Made by a program: the position numbers and the translations under genes
DNA from: an uncultured delta proteobacterium
Lineage (GTDB): Bacteria; Desulfobacterota; Desulfuromonadia; Desulfuromonadales; JACZKF01
NCBI GenBank assembly: GCA_963816395.1
Contig: CAWFKQ010000009.1
Span: forward strand, 160,001-224,000
Direction: 5' to 3'
Length of the DNA: 64,000 nt
Shown: positions 22,743-33,145 of the stretch, piece after piece
How positions within the stretch are numbered: position 1 is the first letter of the stretch
Layout: every line of letters starts with the position of its first letter
The notes under the pieces: generated by a model
Told to the model about the DNA's origin: nothing
Databases searched by the model: none
What the model saw: the letters and a program-made list of their open reading frames with translations, nothing else

Positions 22743-23537
22743 TTAGCGGATCAGCCGGCGCCGCATGCGGTATATGGCAAGAGGGAGAACGGCCAGGGAG
22801 AACAGCAAGAGGTAGCCGGCCGACCACAGCAGTCGCCGGATCCGCTCGGCCCAAGCCAAGTGCGCGGGTGAGGAAAACGACATGGGTGAGCGGCAAGGCC
22901 AGAGCGAAATCCTGCGCCCAGGCCGGCAAATTCTCTATTGGGAAAAAAGTGCCGCTGAACAGGAACATGGGGGTGACGAAGAGAAATACCGGCAGGTTGA
23001 AAGCCTCGATATTCGGGCACCAGGCCGGTGAAAAGCATGGCCACCGCCCCGAAGGCGACCCCTCCCAGCAGGGACAGCGGCAGCAGCAGCAGGGCAAGCG
23101 GATACTGCAGGAGCCCGAAGGCGCTGATCACCGCCAGCATAATGGCGGTGCCAAAAAGAGATTTGGTGGCACCCCAGAGGATCTCCCCGATGATGATCTC
23201 GGTTAGGGAAAGGGGCGTGGCAAGGATGGCGTCGAAGGTCTTCTGGTAGTACATGCGGACGAAGGACGCATAGGTGTTCTCGAAGAAAGCGCTGTTCATG
23301 ATGTTGATGGCGATCAGCGCCGGGGCGATGAAGGTCACGTAGGGGATCTCAGTGCCGCCGGAAGTGACCTTGCCCACCAGCGAGCTGAGACCGACACCGA
23401 AGGCGAGCAGGTAGAAAAGGGGTTCGAGCAGGGGGGGAAGGAAGCTGATCTTCCAGGTCTGGAGGTAAACCATCCAGTTCCGCTGCCAGATGTGCCAGGC
23501 GCGGCGAATGGCCGATGACAGACCGGCTTCGGCTCAT
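22743..23537 (-). CDS. ABC-2 exporter permease (NodJ-like), frameshifts
   Basis: EPLFYLLAFGVGL, QKTFDAILATPL, TPMFLFSGTFFP, LPLTH; pieces in ORFs 22751 and 22696; last frame stops at 22743. Confidence 0.85.
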
Positions 23538-24449
23538 TCGCGCAACTCCCGGCCGGTCAGACGCAAAAAGACATCTTCCAGGCTGGCCGGGCGCAGGGTA
23601 CACCCCTCCCGGCAGTAATCGGCTATTATCTGACGAAATACGTCTTCATCATCGCCGCCGTAGATGATCAGGCGTTGACCGAGGTTTTCGTGGGTCAGCC
23701 CCTGTTCCGACACGAAATGTCGCAAAGACTCCGCCGGTGCTGCGATCTCGAGCACTTCCCTGCCGACATAACGGCGAATCAATTCCAATGGCTGCCCCTC
23801 CACCAGGATGCGGCCGTGGTCGAGGATGACCAGGCGGTCGCAGAGGCGGGCTGCCTCCTCCATATAGTGGGTGGTCAGCAGGATGGAGAGGCCGCGACTT
23901 TTCAGCTCCTCCAGGCGCAGCCAGACCTGGTGCCGCGACTGAGGGTCGAGACCGGTGGTCGGTTCATCGAGAAATGAGAATCTCCGGCTCGTTGATCAGC
24001 GCTCTGGCCAGCATCAAGCGGCGCATCATCCCCCCGGAGAGCTCGGGGATTTTGGCCTGGCTGCGGTGTTCAAGGGCGATGAATCTAAGCAGGGATTCAG
24101 CCCGCTCCCTGGCCCGGCGGCGGGGCAGGTCGAAGTAGCGGGCGAAAACCTCCAGGTTCTGCTGAACCGTCAGGTCGGGATCGAGGGTGTTCTCCTGCTG
24201 GCAAACGCCCAACCGCGCCTTGATCCGCCGCGGCTCCCGGTCGATATCGAGGCCGAAGACCCGCAGGCTGCCGCCGGTTTTCGGACTGAACCCGTAGAGC
24301 ATGCGGATGGTGCTTGTTTTGCCGGCGCCGTTCGGGCCGAGGATGCCGAAGCACTCCCCCCGGCGGATACAGAAGGAGATGCCGTCCACGGCCCGAAAGG
24401 GGCCGAAGGTTTTGGTCAGCTCAACGGCTTCGACGACGTTATCGACCAT
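23534..24449 (-). CDS. ABC exporter ATP-binding protein (NodI-like), frameshift near 23970
   Basis: GPNGAGKT, LSGGMMRRL, DEPTTGLDP, TTHYMEEA, LEDVFLRLTGRELRE. Confidence 0.9.
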
Positions 24450-24544
24450 GCCTGCTCCAGGGGGCCAAAGTGCCGCTAAAGCTTACTCCCGCCCCCTGGG
24501 AGTTGCAATCGTCGGGGCAAAAGTTTGTCCGGCGCAGCGGCTGG

Positions 24545-25144
24545 CTACTTCCTCTTGCGCCACGAGCGCATGGAGAAAAGTTCCCGGCGGCTGATCGGCA
24601 CCGGTGTCATCGTCTCGTTGACGAAACGGACATCCTCGATCGAATAGAAGGCATTGGGGTTGAAGCGCTTGATGCTGGCGATCACCTCCGGCAGCTTCTT
24701 CCGTTTGACAATGGTGAAGATCAGTTTTACCGGTCCGGTTTCCCCAAGGCCATCGACGCTGGTCACCCCATAACCGGATTGCCGGAGGAACTTCACCAGC
24801 TCGTCCGCTTCCTTGCGGGTGATGACGCGAACGATCAGGTTACCGATGGCGATTCGTTTTTCGATGGAAACGCCAACGAAATTGCCGGTGGAAAAGCCCA
24901 CGGCATAGGCGAAATAGGTCACCCAGTTGGTGAGATTCTGCATCACCTGGCCGATGGCGATAATCCATACCAGCACCTCAAAAAAGCCGACCAGGGCGGC
25001 CAGGGAGCGCAAACCGCGGGCAACGAAGATAATGCGCATGGTGCCGAAGGTCACGTCGACGATGCGGGAGAAAAATATCAGGAGGGGAATGATGACGAGC
25101 GAGAACAAAGGTGAGTGGGGCAGGGACAGATCGGGCATGGGCAA
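24545..25144 (-). CDS. DUF2179/UPF0316-like membrane protein
   Basis: RIVDVTFGTMRII, GFFEVLVW, GFSTGNFVG, GYGVT, PNAFYSIED. Confidence 0.8.
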   Translation of the reverse strand: MPMPDLSLPHSPLFSLVIIPLLIFFSRIVDVTFGTMRIIFVARGLRSLAALVGFFEVLVWIIAIGQVMQNLTNWVTYFAYAVGFSTGNFVGVSIEKRIAIGNLIVRVITRKEADELVKFLRQSGYGVTSVDGLGETGPVKLIFTIVKRKKLPEVIASIKRFNPNAFYSIEDVRFVNETMTPVPISRRELFSMRSWRKRK

Positions 25145-25349
25145 CCTCTTGCGCCAAGTTAACCAGAGGCCGACATCATTGCAACCGGGCGCCTGCGGGT
25201 AGGTGGAGGGCGCATGAAGGCAAGCGCTTTCAGCAGCTGACCCTCGCCGCCGTTGAGAAGAACGCCGATTCTGCTAGACTTGCCCCTAGCTTTCCGCGGA
25301 AATTTCAGCCGTATAACCCGAAAAAGCCGCAGCGCGGCGGGAGGAAAGG

Positions 25350-26417
25350 ATGAAACGACCGATTCTGCTGGCCTGCATGCTCGCTGTAGTTCTGGCGGCC
25401 GGGCAGGCGCAAGGGGAAGAGAGTCTGCTGCAGCAGGCAAGAAGCCTGTTCAAGCCCATTCCCGAGAACCCGCCGGCGTTGAAAAACGATACCCCTTCAC
25501 CGGCAAAAGTTGAGCTGGGGCGGATGCTCTTCTTCGATCCGCGTCTCTCCGCCTCGCACCTGATCAGCTGCAATACCTGCCACAATGTGGGGCTGGGCGG
25601 GGCCGATCTGCAGGAGACTTCGGTCGGCCACGGCTGGCAGAAGGGGCCGCGGAATGCTCCCACCGTTCTCAATTCGGTGTTCAACGTCGCCCAGTTCTGG
25701 GACGGTCGGGCCAAGGATCTGGCCGAGCAGGCAAAAGGCCCGGTGCAGGCCGCAGTGGAGATGAACAGCACCCCGGATCTGGTCCTGGCCACGCTGAACA
25801 GCCTGCCCGAATACAGGACTTTATTTCAAAAGGCCTTTCCCGGGGAGGCGAAGCCGCTGAATTTCGACAACATGGCCAGGGCCATTGAGGTTTTCGAGGC
25901 CACCCTGATCACCCCCGATGCGCCCTTCGATCGTTTCCTGAAGGGGGAGGAGGCGGCCCTCGGAGAGGCGGAAAAGGAAGGGCTGCAGCTGTTCATCGGC
26001 AAGGGCTGCTCGAGCTGCCACAACGGCATCAACGTCGGCGGCAGCGCCTATTACCCTTTCGGGGTGATGGAAAAGCCCAGTGCCGAGATTCGTCCCCCCG
26101 GCGATCTGGGCCGGTTCAAGGTCACTAATACCGCCGCCGACCGCTATGTGTTCAAGGCACCCGCCCTGCGGAATGTCGACCTGACGCCGCCGTATTTTCA
26201 TTCCGGCAAGGTATGGTCCCTAGCGGACGCGGTTGTCCTCATGGGTTCATCCCAGCTGGGTGCCCAGTTGACTGGACCAGAAGCGCAGCGCATCACGAGC
26301 TTTCTCAAAAGCCTGACCGGCAAACAGCCCCAGATCGTCTATCCCCTGCTTCCTCCCACCACCGATGCCACCCCGCACCCGGTTTTAACGGTCGGGACCC
26401 AGGAAAAGAAATCCTAG
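25350..26417 (+). CDS. ccpA: Di-haem cytochrome c peroxidase (CcpA/MacA family)
   Basis: Signal peptide; LFFDPRLS..ISCNTCH, RNAPTVLNS, QFWDGRA, CSSCH, LRNVDLTPPYFHSG. Confidence 0.93.
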   Translation: MKRPILLACMLAVVLAAGQAQGEESLLQQARSLFKPIPENPPALKNDTPSPAKVELGRMLFFDPRLSASHLISCNTCHNVGLGGADLQETSVGHGWQKGPRNAPTVLNSVFNVAQFWDGRAKDLAEQAKGPVQAAVEMNSTPDLVLATLNSLPEYRTLFQKAFPGEAKPLNFDNMARAIEVFEATLITPDAPFDRFLKGEEAALGEAEKEGLQLFIGKGCSSCHNGINVGGSAYYPFGVMEKPSAEIRPPGDLGRFKVTNTAADRYVFKAPALRNVDLTPPYFHSGKVWSLADAVVLMGSSQLGAQLTGPEAQRITSFLKSLTGKQPQIVYPLLPPTTDATPHPVLTVGTQEKKS

Positions 26418-26427
26418 TCGTCCTTAA

Positions 26428-26452
26428 AGCCCCCGCGCCTGGTGCGGGGGCT
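26428..26452 (+). terminator. Hairpin after the peroxidase gene
   Basis: AGCCCCCGC...GCGGGGGCT stem; weak U-tract. Confidence 0.5.
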
Positions 26453-26516
26453 GCCGTCTGCCTGGGCGCTATAATAATAAGAAGCCGCAGCGGCGGCAAT
26501 TCCGAATCTTGACCTG

Positions 26517-28673
26517 ATGCCAATGGGACAGGAAAAAATCGTACGCGAGGGACACAATTGCTGGCGTTTGACCGACAGCCGGCGGGCGGCTTTTCTGATC
26601 GATGGGGAGGCGTATTTTGCCGCCTTTGCCGCCGCTGTGGAACGGGCCCGGCATTCGGTGCTGATCCTCGGCTGGGATATCGACAGCCGTATCCGTCTGC
26701 GTCGTGACGGCCGGCGACGACAGCTCCCCGACGAGTTAGGCAAGTTCCTGAATGCGGCGGTCGCCCGCCGCAAGGAATTGAATATATATGTTCTCGACTG
26801 GGATTTCGCCATGCTCTACGCCTTCGAGCGAGAGCCCCTGCCGATTTTCAAGCTTGGCTGGCGTACCCACCGGCGGCTGCATTTCCGCCTCGACAGCCGG
26901 CATCCCATCGGTGCCTCGCATCATCAGAAAATCGTCGTGATCGACGATCGGGTGGCCTTCGCTGGTGGCCTGGATCTCGCCCATGGGCGCTGGGATACCC
27001 CGGAGCATGCACCGGAGGATCCCCGCCGCCGCGACAATGGCCATCTGTGTCCCCCCTTCCATGACGTGCAGATGCTGGTCGATGGCGAGACTGCCGCCGC
27101 CCTCGGAGCGCTGGCCCGGCGCCGTTGGCGGCTGGCCTGCGGTGAGGCGCTGGCTGCGCCGCCGGCGATCGATGACGATCCCTGGCCGCCGTGGGTAGCG
27201 CCGGATTTGCAACAGGTGCAGGTGGCCATCGCCCGCACCGAGCCGGCTATCAACGGCAGCCCGGAAGTGCGGGAGGTGGAGAAACTCTACCATGATGCCA
27301 TCGCTGCGGCCGAATCGGCCATTTACATCGAAAATCAGTACCTGACCTCGGCGGCGATCGGGGGGATGCTGGCTTCCCGCCTGATGGAAGAGAAGGGACC
27401 GGAGGTCCTTCTGGTCCTCCCCCGGGAGTGCTCCGGGTGGTTGGAGGAAAACACCATGGGTGTCCTGCGGGCCCGCGTGCTGCGCCAGTTGCAGGAGGCA
27501 GACCGTTACCGAAAGCTGCGCGTCTGTTATCCGACCACAGCGGGACTCGGCTCCCGCCTGATCAATGTCCATTCCAAAGTTCTGGTGGTGGATGATCGGC
27601 TGGTGCGGATCGGCTCAGCGAACCTCAACAACCGGTCGATGGGGCTGGACACCGAATGCGATCTGGCAGTGGAGGCCGATCGGGAAGAGGTGCGGAGCGC
27701 CATAGCCACCTTTCGCAACCGCCTGCTGGGGGAGCACCTGGGAGTCTCATCGGCGGAAGTGGCGGCGGCGGTGGCCGCTCGCGGTTCCCTGCTGGGGGCA
27801 TTTGATGCGCTGGCCGGCTCCGGGCGGACCCTCGAGCCCCTGGACGACCCGCAGGAGAGCTGGCTGGAAATGGTGGTCCCGGAATGGAAGCTCGTCGATC
27901 CGGAGCGACCGACGGCGATGGAGGAATTCGTCGAGGAGGTTGTTGCCAAAGACCGCGACCGTTCTCTCAGCCGGCGGATGGACCGCCGCTGGCTTTTTTT
28001 GGCCGCGGTTCTCCTGGCGGCACTGGCGCTGGCGGCGGCCTGGCGCTGGACGCCGATGCACGACTGGCTGACCCTCACCACCCTGCAGGGATGGGGAGCG
28101 CGGCTCCGCGGCAGTATCTGGGCGCCTTTCGCGGTGACCGCCTTTTTCATTCTCGGGGCACTACTGATGTTCCCGGTCACCCTCCTCATTTTGGCCACCG
28201 CCCTGGCCTTCACACCGCTGGCGGGGTTTTTCTACGCGCTGTTCGGCAGCCTGGCCAGTGCCCTTGTCATTTACGCCATCGGCCGACGACTGGGCAGGGA
28301 CACCGTCCGTCGACTGGCCGGGTCACGGCTGAACCGGCTCAGCCAGCAACTGGCCCGCCGCGGTCTGATCACCGTAGTGGTGGTTCGCTTTCTGCCGATC
28401 GCCCCTTTCTCTATCGTTAACCTGGTCGCCGGTGCCAGCCACATCCGCTTCCGCGATTTCCTTCTCGGGACTCTGCTCGGCATGGCTCCGGGAATCCTGG
28501 GCATAATCCTCTTCGAACACAGTCTGGTGCGGGCGGTCCGCCAGCCGAAAGCGGAGAATTTTCTCATCATGGCGGCGGTGCTGCTGATCATTTTCGGCCT
28601 CGGCTGGCTGCTGCGCCGCTGGCTGTTCCGCAAGCAGGCCGCCGGTGAGGAGAGGGGGAAGGGGCATGGCTGA
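26517..28673 (+). CDS. Phospholipase D-family protein fused to a C-terminal VTT/DedA membrane domain
   Basis: Two HKD motifs (HQKIVVID, HSKVLVVD..GSAN); C-terminal TM region with RFLPIAPFSIVNLVAG...GTLLGMAPG. Confidence 0.9.
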   Translation: MPMGQEKIVREGHNCWRLTDSRRAAFLIDGEAYFAAFAAAVERARHSVLILGWDIDSRIRLRRDGRRRQLPDELGKFLNAAVARRKELNIYVLDWDFAMLYAFEREPLPIFKLGWRTHRRLHFRLDSRHPIGASHHQKIVVIDDRVAFAGGLDLAHGRWDTPEHAPEDPRRRDNGHLCPPFHDVQMLVDGETAAALGALARRRWRLACGEALAAPPAIDDDPWPPWVAPDLQQVQVAIARTEPAINGSPEVREVEKLYHDAIAAAESAIYIENQYLTSAAIGGMLASRLMEEKGPEVLLVLPRECSGWLEENTMGVLRARVLRQLQEADRYRKLRVCYPTTAGLGSRLINVHSKVLVVDDRLVRIGSANLNNRSMGLDTECDLAVEADREEVRSAIATFRNRLLGEHLGVSSAEVAAAVAARGSLLGAFDALAGSGRTLEPLDDPQESWLEMVVPEWKLVDPERPTAMEEFVEEVVAKDRDRSLSRRMDRRWLFLAAVLLAALALAAAWRWTPMHDWLTLTTLQGWGARLRGSIWAPFAVTAFFILGALLMFPVTLLILATALAFTPLAGFFYALFGSLASALVIYAIGRRLGRDTVRRLAGSRLNRLSQQLARRGLITVVVVRFLPIAPFSIVNLVAGASHIRFRDFLLGTLLGMAPGILGIILFEHSLVRAVRQPKAENFLIMAAVLLIIFGLGWLLRRWLFRKQAAGEERGKGHG

Positions 28674-29385
28674 TGCTGGCCTGGAGCGGCGATGCTGCCG
28701 GGTAGCTTCCTACAACATTCATCAGGGTGTCGGTCTGGACGGCCGGTGCGATGTCGGACGGATCGCGGAGGTGATCCGTCAACTGGGCGCAGATATCGTC
28801 GGGCTGCAGGAAGTCAATGCTCCCTTCGGCAAGGACCGGGCTACCATGCAGCTCGATTATCTTTCTGAAGCCACAGCCTTACGGGCCATTGGCGGACCGA
28901 CTATCGAACGCCACGACGGCTATTACGGCAACGCCCTGCTGACCCGTTGCCGGATCGTCGAGGTACGTCGTTTCGACTTGTCTTACCGGCGGCGGGAATC
29001 CCGCGGCGTTCTCGATGTCGAACTGGAGACCGGCAGCGGCCTTATCCGGGTGATCGTCACCCACCTCGGGCTGCTGCCGGCCGAGCGGCGCTATCAGGTC
29101 AAGCTCCTGTTGCAGATCCTCGAGCTATCGCCGGTGCAGCCGGCGATCGTTCTTGGCGATCTCAATGAATGGTTTCTTCTCGGCCGTCCGGCCCGCTGGC
29201 TGCACCGCTATTTCGGCCGGGCACCCGCCCCTCGAACTTTTCCGGCGTTTTCACCGTTGTTTTCCCTCGATCGAATCCTCGCACGTCCCGTGGAGGCGCT
29301 GCTGGAAATCAGCGCCTTGATCACTCCGGTGACCCGGATCGCTTCTGATCACCTGCCTTTAGTGGCGAGAATTCAGCTGCCTTGA
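28666..29385 (+). CDS. Endonuclease/exonuclease/phosphatase family protein (YbhP-like)
   Basis: SYNIH, GLQEV, THLGL, GDLNEW, LDRI, SDHLP. Confidence 0.9.
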   Translation: MADAGLERRCCRVASYNIHQGVGLDGRCDVGRIAEVIRQLGADIVGLQEVNAPFGKDRATMQLDYLSEATALRAIGGPTIERHDGYYGNALLTRCRIVEVRRFDLSYRRRESRGVLDVELETGSGLIRVIVTHLGLLPAERRYQVKLLLQILELSPVQPAIVLGDLNEWFLLGRPARWLHRYFGRAPAPRTFPAFSPLFSLDRILARPVEALLEISALITPVTRIASDHLPLVARIQLP

Positions 29386-29588
29386 AATCGATTGCCCGGA
29401 GCGGATGTGCAACAGGTGCGAGAGGATCTGACTGGATGTTTCCCAGCGCGCTGCCCGGCGGGGTAGCCTGACATCTTCACGCCAAGGGAGAGAGGCCAGC
29501 TAAAGAGAGGCCGGGGAGACAGTGTCATCCGGCAGGTGCAGAAAAGAATAGATAAAGGAAGGCGGCCCGGCCGGACCGCCTTACCAAC

Positions 29589-29936
29589 TCATCCCCACCA
29601 CTGGCTGAGCTTTTTGCGTTGACTCTCCAGCCCCTTCTGGCCGCGGTCGATGGCATCCAGCAGATAATGGCGCCAGTCATCGGCGACTTCTCCCCCCTGT
29701 TCAACAAGATCGGAGGTCTTTTCCGACAAATCCTCCACCATGTCGGTGATTGTCTCCGCGGTATCCCGGATCACCCCTTCCGTCTCATTGCGTACCTTGC
29801 GGGCGTAACGGTTGATCTGACGGCGGGTTTTCTCCCCGCTCTGGGGCGCGTACAGGAGCGCCAGGCCGGCGCCGATGATTCCCCCGGCAATCATCATGAC
29901 TGCCCCTACGGTGGCTTGTCTGTCTTTTTGGGCCAT
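29589..29936 (-). CDS. YtxH-domain protein
   Basis: GGIIGAGLALLYAPQSGEKTR signature; AAGGAGG RBS. Confidence 0.88.
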   Translation of the reverse strand: MAQKDRQATVGAVMMIAGGIIGAGLALLYAPQSGEKTRRQINRYARKVRNETEGVIRDTAETITDMVEDLSEKTSDLVEQGGEVADDWRHYLLDAIDRGQKGLESQRKKLSQWWG

Positions 29937-30071
29937 CTCTAACCCTCCTTTGGAATGATCATGGAATTTATTAAATCATAAAATCCGGAAGGCGCAAGGG
30001 AAGGGGGTGCTTGAGGCGGAGGATTAATCGTGTTACCTTGAGCGATCATTTGCGAAGGAGGACAGGCAAGG

Positions 30072-31064
30072 ATGATTGCCAAACCGTATGCTGCCATCCT
30101 GGGGACCGGACGGGCCCTGCCGGATCGGATTCTCACCAATGCCGATTTGGCAAAGATGGTAGATAGCAACGATCAGTGGATTGTGGAGCGCACTGGTATT
30201 CGGGAGCGGCGGATCGCCGATCCTGGGACCCCCCTTTCCATGCTGGCGACGGAAGCGGCCCGCAAGGCCCTGGACGGACAGTGGCACGGATGCTGAGGAA
30301 ATCGATCTTATTATTGTCGGCTCGGTGACCGGGGATATGAAGTTTCCCGCTACCGCCTGTCTGGTGCAGGAACAGATCGGCGCCGGAAAAGCGGTGGCTT
30401 TCGATGTCGTCGGCCGCCTGCTCCGGTTTTCTTTACAGCCTGCAGATTGCCGAGGGGATGATGCGCGCCGCCGGCTACCGGCGGGTTTTGGTCATCGGCG
30501 GCGATATCCTCTCCAGTATGGTGAACTGGGAGGATCGCGACACCTGTGTGCTTTTCGGTGATGGGGCCGGGGCGGCAGTCCTGGCGCCGGCTTCCGATGA
30601 GCGGGGGATTCTCAGTACCTGCCTGCGCAGCAACGGTAACTTCAGCCGGCTGCTCTACAATCCCGGCTGCGGCAGCCTGAATCCGCCGACCCCGGAGAAC
30701 GTTCGTGAGAAGCTGCACACCATCCGGATGGAGGGACGGGAGGTTTTTCGCCACGCTGTCGTCTCCATGACCGAGGCCCTGCAGGCGGCTCTCGCGCAGG
30801 CCGGTCTGGAGGCTGCCGACCTGGACCTGCTGATCCCGCACCAGGCGAATCTGCGCATTATTGAGGCGGTTACCAAGCGCTTCGGGCTGCCCGCGGAGAA
30901 GGTTTTCACCAATGTAGATCGGTATCGGCAACACCTCCGCCGCTTCCATTCCGATCGCCCTTGACGAAGCCCGCCGCGCCGGCCTGGTTGAATCCGGGTG
31001 CAAGATCGGGATGGCGACTTTCGGCGCCGGGTTTACCTGGGCCGCCGGAGTGGTGCAATTTTAG
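30072..31064 (+). CDS. fabH: Beta-ketoacyl-ACP synthase III, three frameshifts (about 30277, 30408, 30925)
   Basis: [47 protein letters not shown]. Confidence 0.93.
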
Positions 31065-31261
31065 CGGGCCGGCCTTTTACGTCCGGGGGCCGGGTGAGAG
31101 GGTGTAAGAAGGGGAAAAGAGGACGCAAGCGAGAGCATTCTTCCGACCCCCTCCGGGGGGTAAGCCGCCCTGCGGCGCAGTGCGAAAGAAGCCGGCAAGA
31201 CCGGCCGATGAAATTGGCCCTCCCGTGAAATAAACCTCGGGAGGATTTCCATTTTTCGAAC

Positions 31262-31298
31262 AAAAAAAACGGCCTGGCAGTCTTGCCAGGCCGTTTTT
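31262..31298. terminator. Bidirectional intrinsic terminator between fabH and the imcH-like gene
   Basis: AAAAAAAACGGCCTGGCAG-TC-TTGCCAGGCCGTTTTT. Confidence 0.85.
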
Positions 31299-31317
31299 GT
31301 TCGACCTACTGCCCGGG

Positions 31318-32782
31318 CTACTTGCCGCGGAGCGTCTCGAGAATCTTCGGATTGACTTCGTCTTCGGCGAGGATGACGTGGCAGGTGTCGCAGTCGGAGG
31401 GGATGACTTCACCCGATGCCGATTCGTGGCTGCCGTCATGGCAACGGAAGCAGCCGATGTCGAAATTTTCGCCGTGTCCAATCTGATTCACGTAAGTTGC
31501 CCCACTTGATGTTCATCTCGGGGAAGACGTTCTCAGAATAGGCATTCTGCACTCCGGCGATGGCCTTCTCCAGAAGAGCGGGCTGCTGTTTGATCAGATC
31601 CGGATAATTCTTCTGATACCAGGCGTTGAGGTCGGTGGCGATGGCTTTTCGCGCCTCCTCCTGGGTGGAATATTCCTTCTGCACCACCTCCATCGCCTGC
31701 CGCTTGATGAATGGAAGATCCTGGGGGATTTTGCCGGCGAGGATCTTGCCATCGATCGCCTGGGCGGCGGATTTGTAGATGTGCGTCGGACGGTTGTGGC
31801 AGTCGATGCAGTCCATCTCCCGCGGCTCGACTTGCTCGGTCTCGGCGCCCTCTTTTTTATCTTCAGCCCCCTCCGAACGGAAAACGACCTGGGTGCCGTC
31901 CGCCTTGGTCAGGGTGACTTCCGGAATTGAGGTACGGCTCCAGTCTGACGGTTGGTAAACGATCTTGTTCTGCGGCGCCACGTGCCAGTGGACACCGTTG
32001 GGGCTGACGGTGCGGTCACCGGCGGAGCCGATTTTCATCAGCAGTACCGTCTCGGTGTGGGTATTTTTTTCATCTTCTTTGTAATGGTCCCGGACCACCA
32101 GTTTGTCGCCGTGGAATTTCTCCGGGCGATGGCATTCCTCACATGTCTCCCGGGCGGGACGCAGGCCGCGCACCGGGGTTTCGATGGGCCGGCTGTAAGT
32201 GTCGGTGGCGACTGCCAGCAACTGGCGGGTACCGGAAATTTTCGATTTGACGAACCAGGTGGCGCCGGCGCCGATGTGGCACTCCACACATGGAACGCGG
32301 GAGTGGGGGGAACTTTTGTAGACGGTGAATTCGGGACTCATCACCGTATGGCAGAACTGCCCGCAAAACCCGACCGATTCCATGTAGTGATAGCCGCGAT
32401 AGGCCAGCAGACCCATGATAAACATATTGACGCAGGTGAGGAAGACGGCGAAAAAGACCAGCCTGCGCATCTTGCTGAATTTGCGGGGATCGGAGAAGTA
32501 ATCCCGCAAGTACTCCAGGGTGAAGAGGCGGACTTCCTCTTTCCCCTTGAAAAAGAAGAGGCCGAAAAACACCAGGACCAGGCCGCCGATGAAGGCCGGG
32601 CCCAGGACCATGTAGATGACCGCTCCGACATAAGGATTGGTGATGTGCCAGATGAGGTCGTAGATGATGGCCCCGAGAAGGAACGGGGTAACGACGGTAA
32701 CCACCATAGCGCCGATCAGGGAGATCCGACTCCTGGCGATGCCTCTGGAAAATGCTCCGATAATATCCGTCAGTCTCTTCAT
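31318..32782 (-). CDS. imcH: Inner-membrane NapC/NirT-type multihaem cytochrome, ImcH-like; frameshift near 31500
   Basis: Three N-terminal TM helices; CGQFCH, CVECH, CEECH, CIDCH, then in the shifted frame CFRCH and CDTCH, ending LETLRGK* at 31318. Confidence 0.82.
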
Positions 32783-33030
32783 GCTGTTCGCCCTTTTTCT
32801 GGTGTTAAGTTTACATTTGACAACCGGGAGGTGGATTTTCGTGTGACAGGCCGGAAAACATCAGGAATGAAAGGGTTTTCAGGCGATCCGGTTCTCTATC
32901 GCGCAAAAAGTATTAAATCATGTAAGGTCCTATCCAAGCAGGGCCTTTTATCATTTTCTTCGATATTTTGTCAAACGCAAAATGGTTAGTTATGCCTCAC
33001 TAGAAAGATCCCTCATGAGGGAAATAATGT

Positions 33031-33068
33031 AAAAAAAGCAATGCCGCCCGGCGGGCGGCATTGCTTTT
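33031..33068 (-). terminator. Intrinsic terminator after the NrfD-type gene
   Basis: AAAAAAAGCAATGCCGCCCG-G-CGGGCGGCATTGCTTTT. Confidence 0.85.
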
Positions 33069-33145
33069 GAAAACTGCAACTGACTGAAACCGGGGGCCGA
33101 AGATCCTTCTCGGGAGGCAGAACCCTCGAGCCCTTAATCTCCCGG

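Noticed and set aside
22743..24449. Nodulation function
   Set aside because: No nodABC genes; NodIJ-like exporters are common outside rhizobia.
29390..29585. CsrB-like sRNA in the GGA-rich gap between the EEP and ytxH genes
   Set aside because: The GGA motifs are not consistently in hairpin loops and no promoter is evident.
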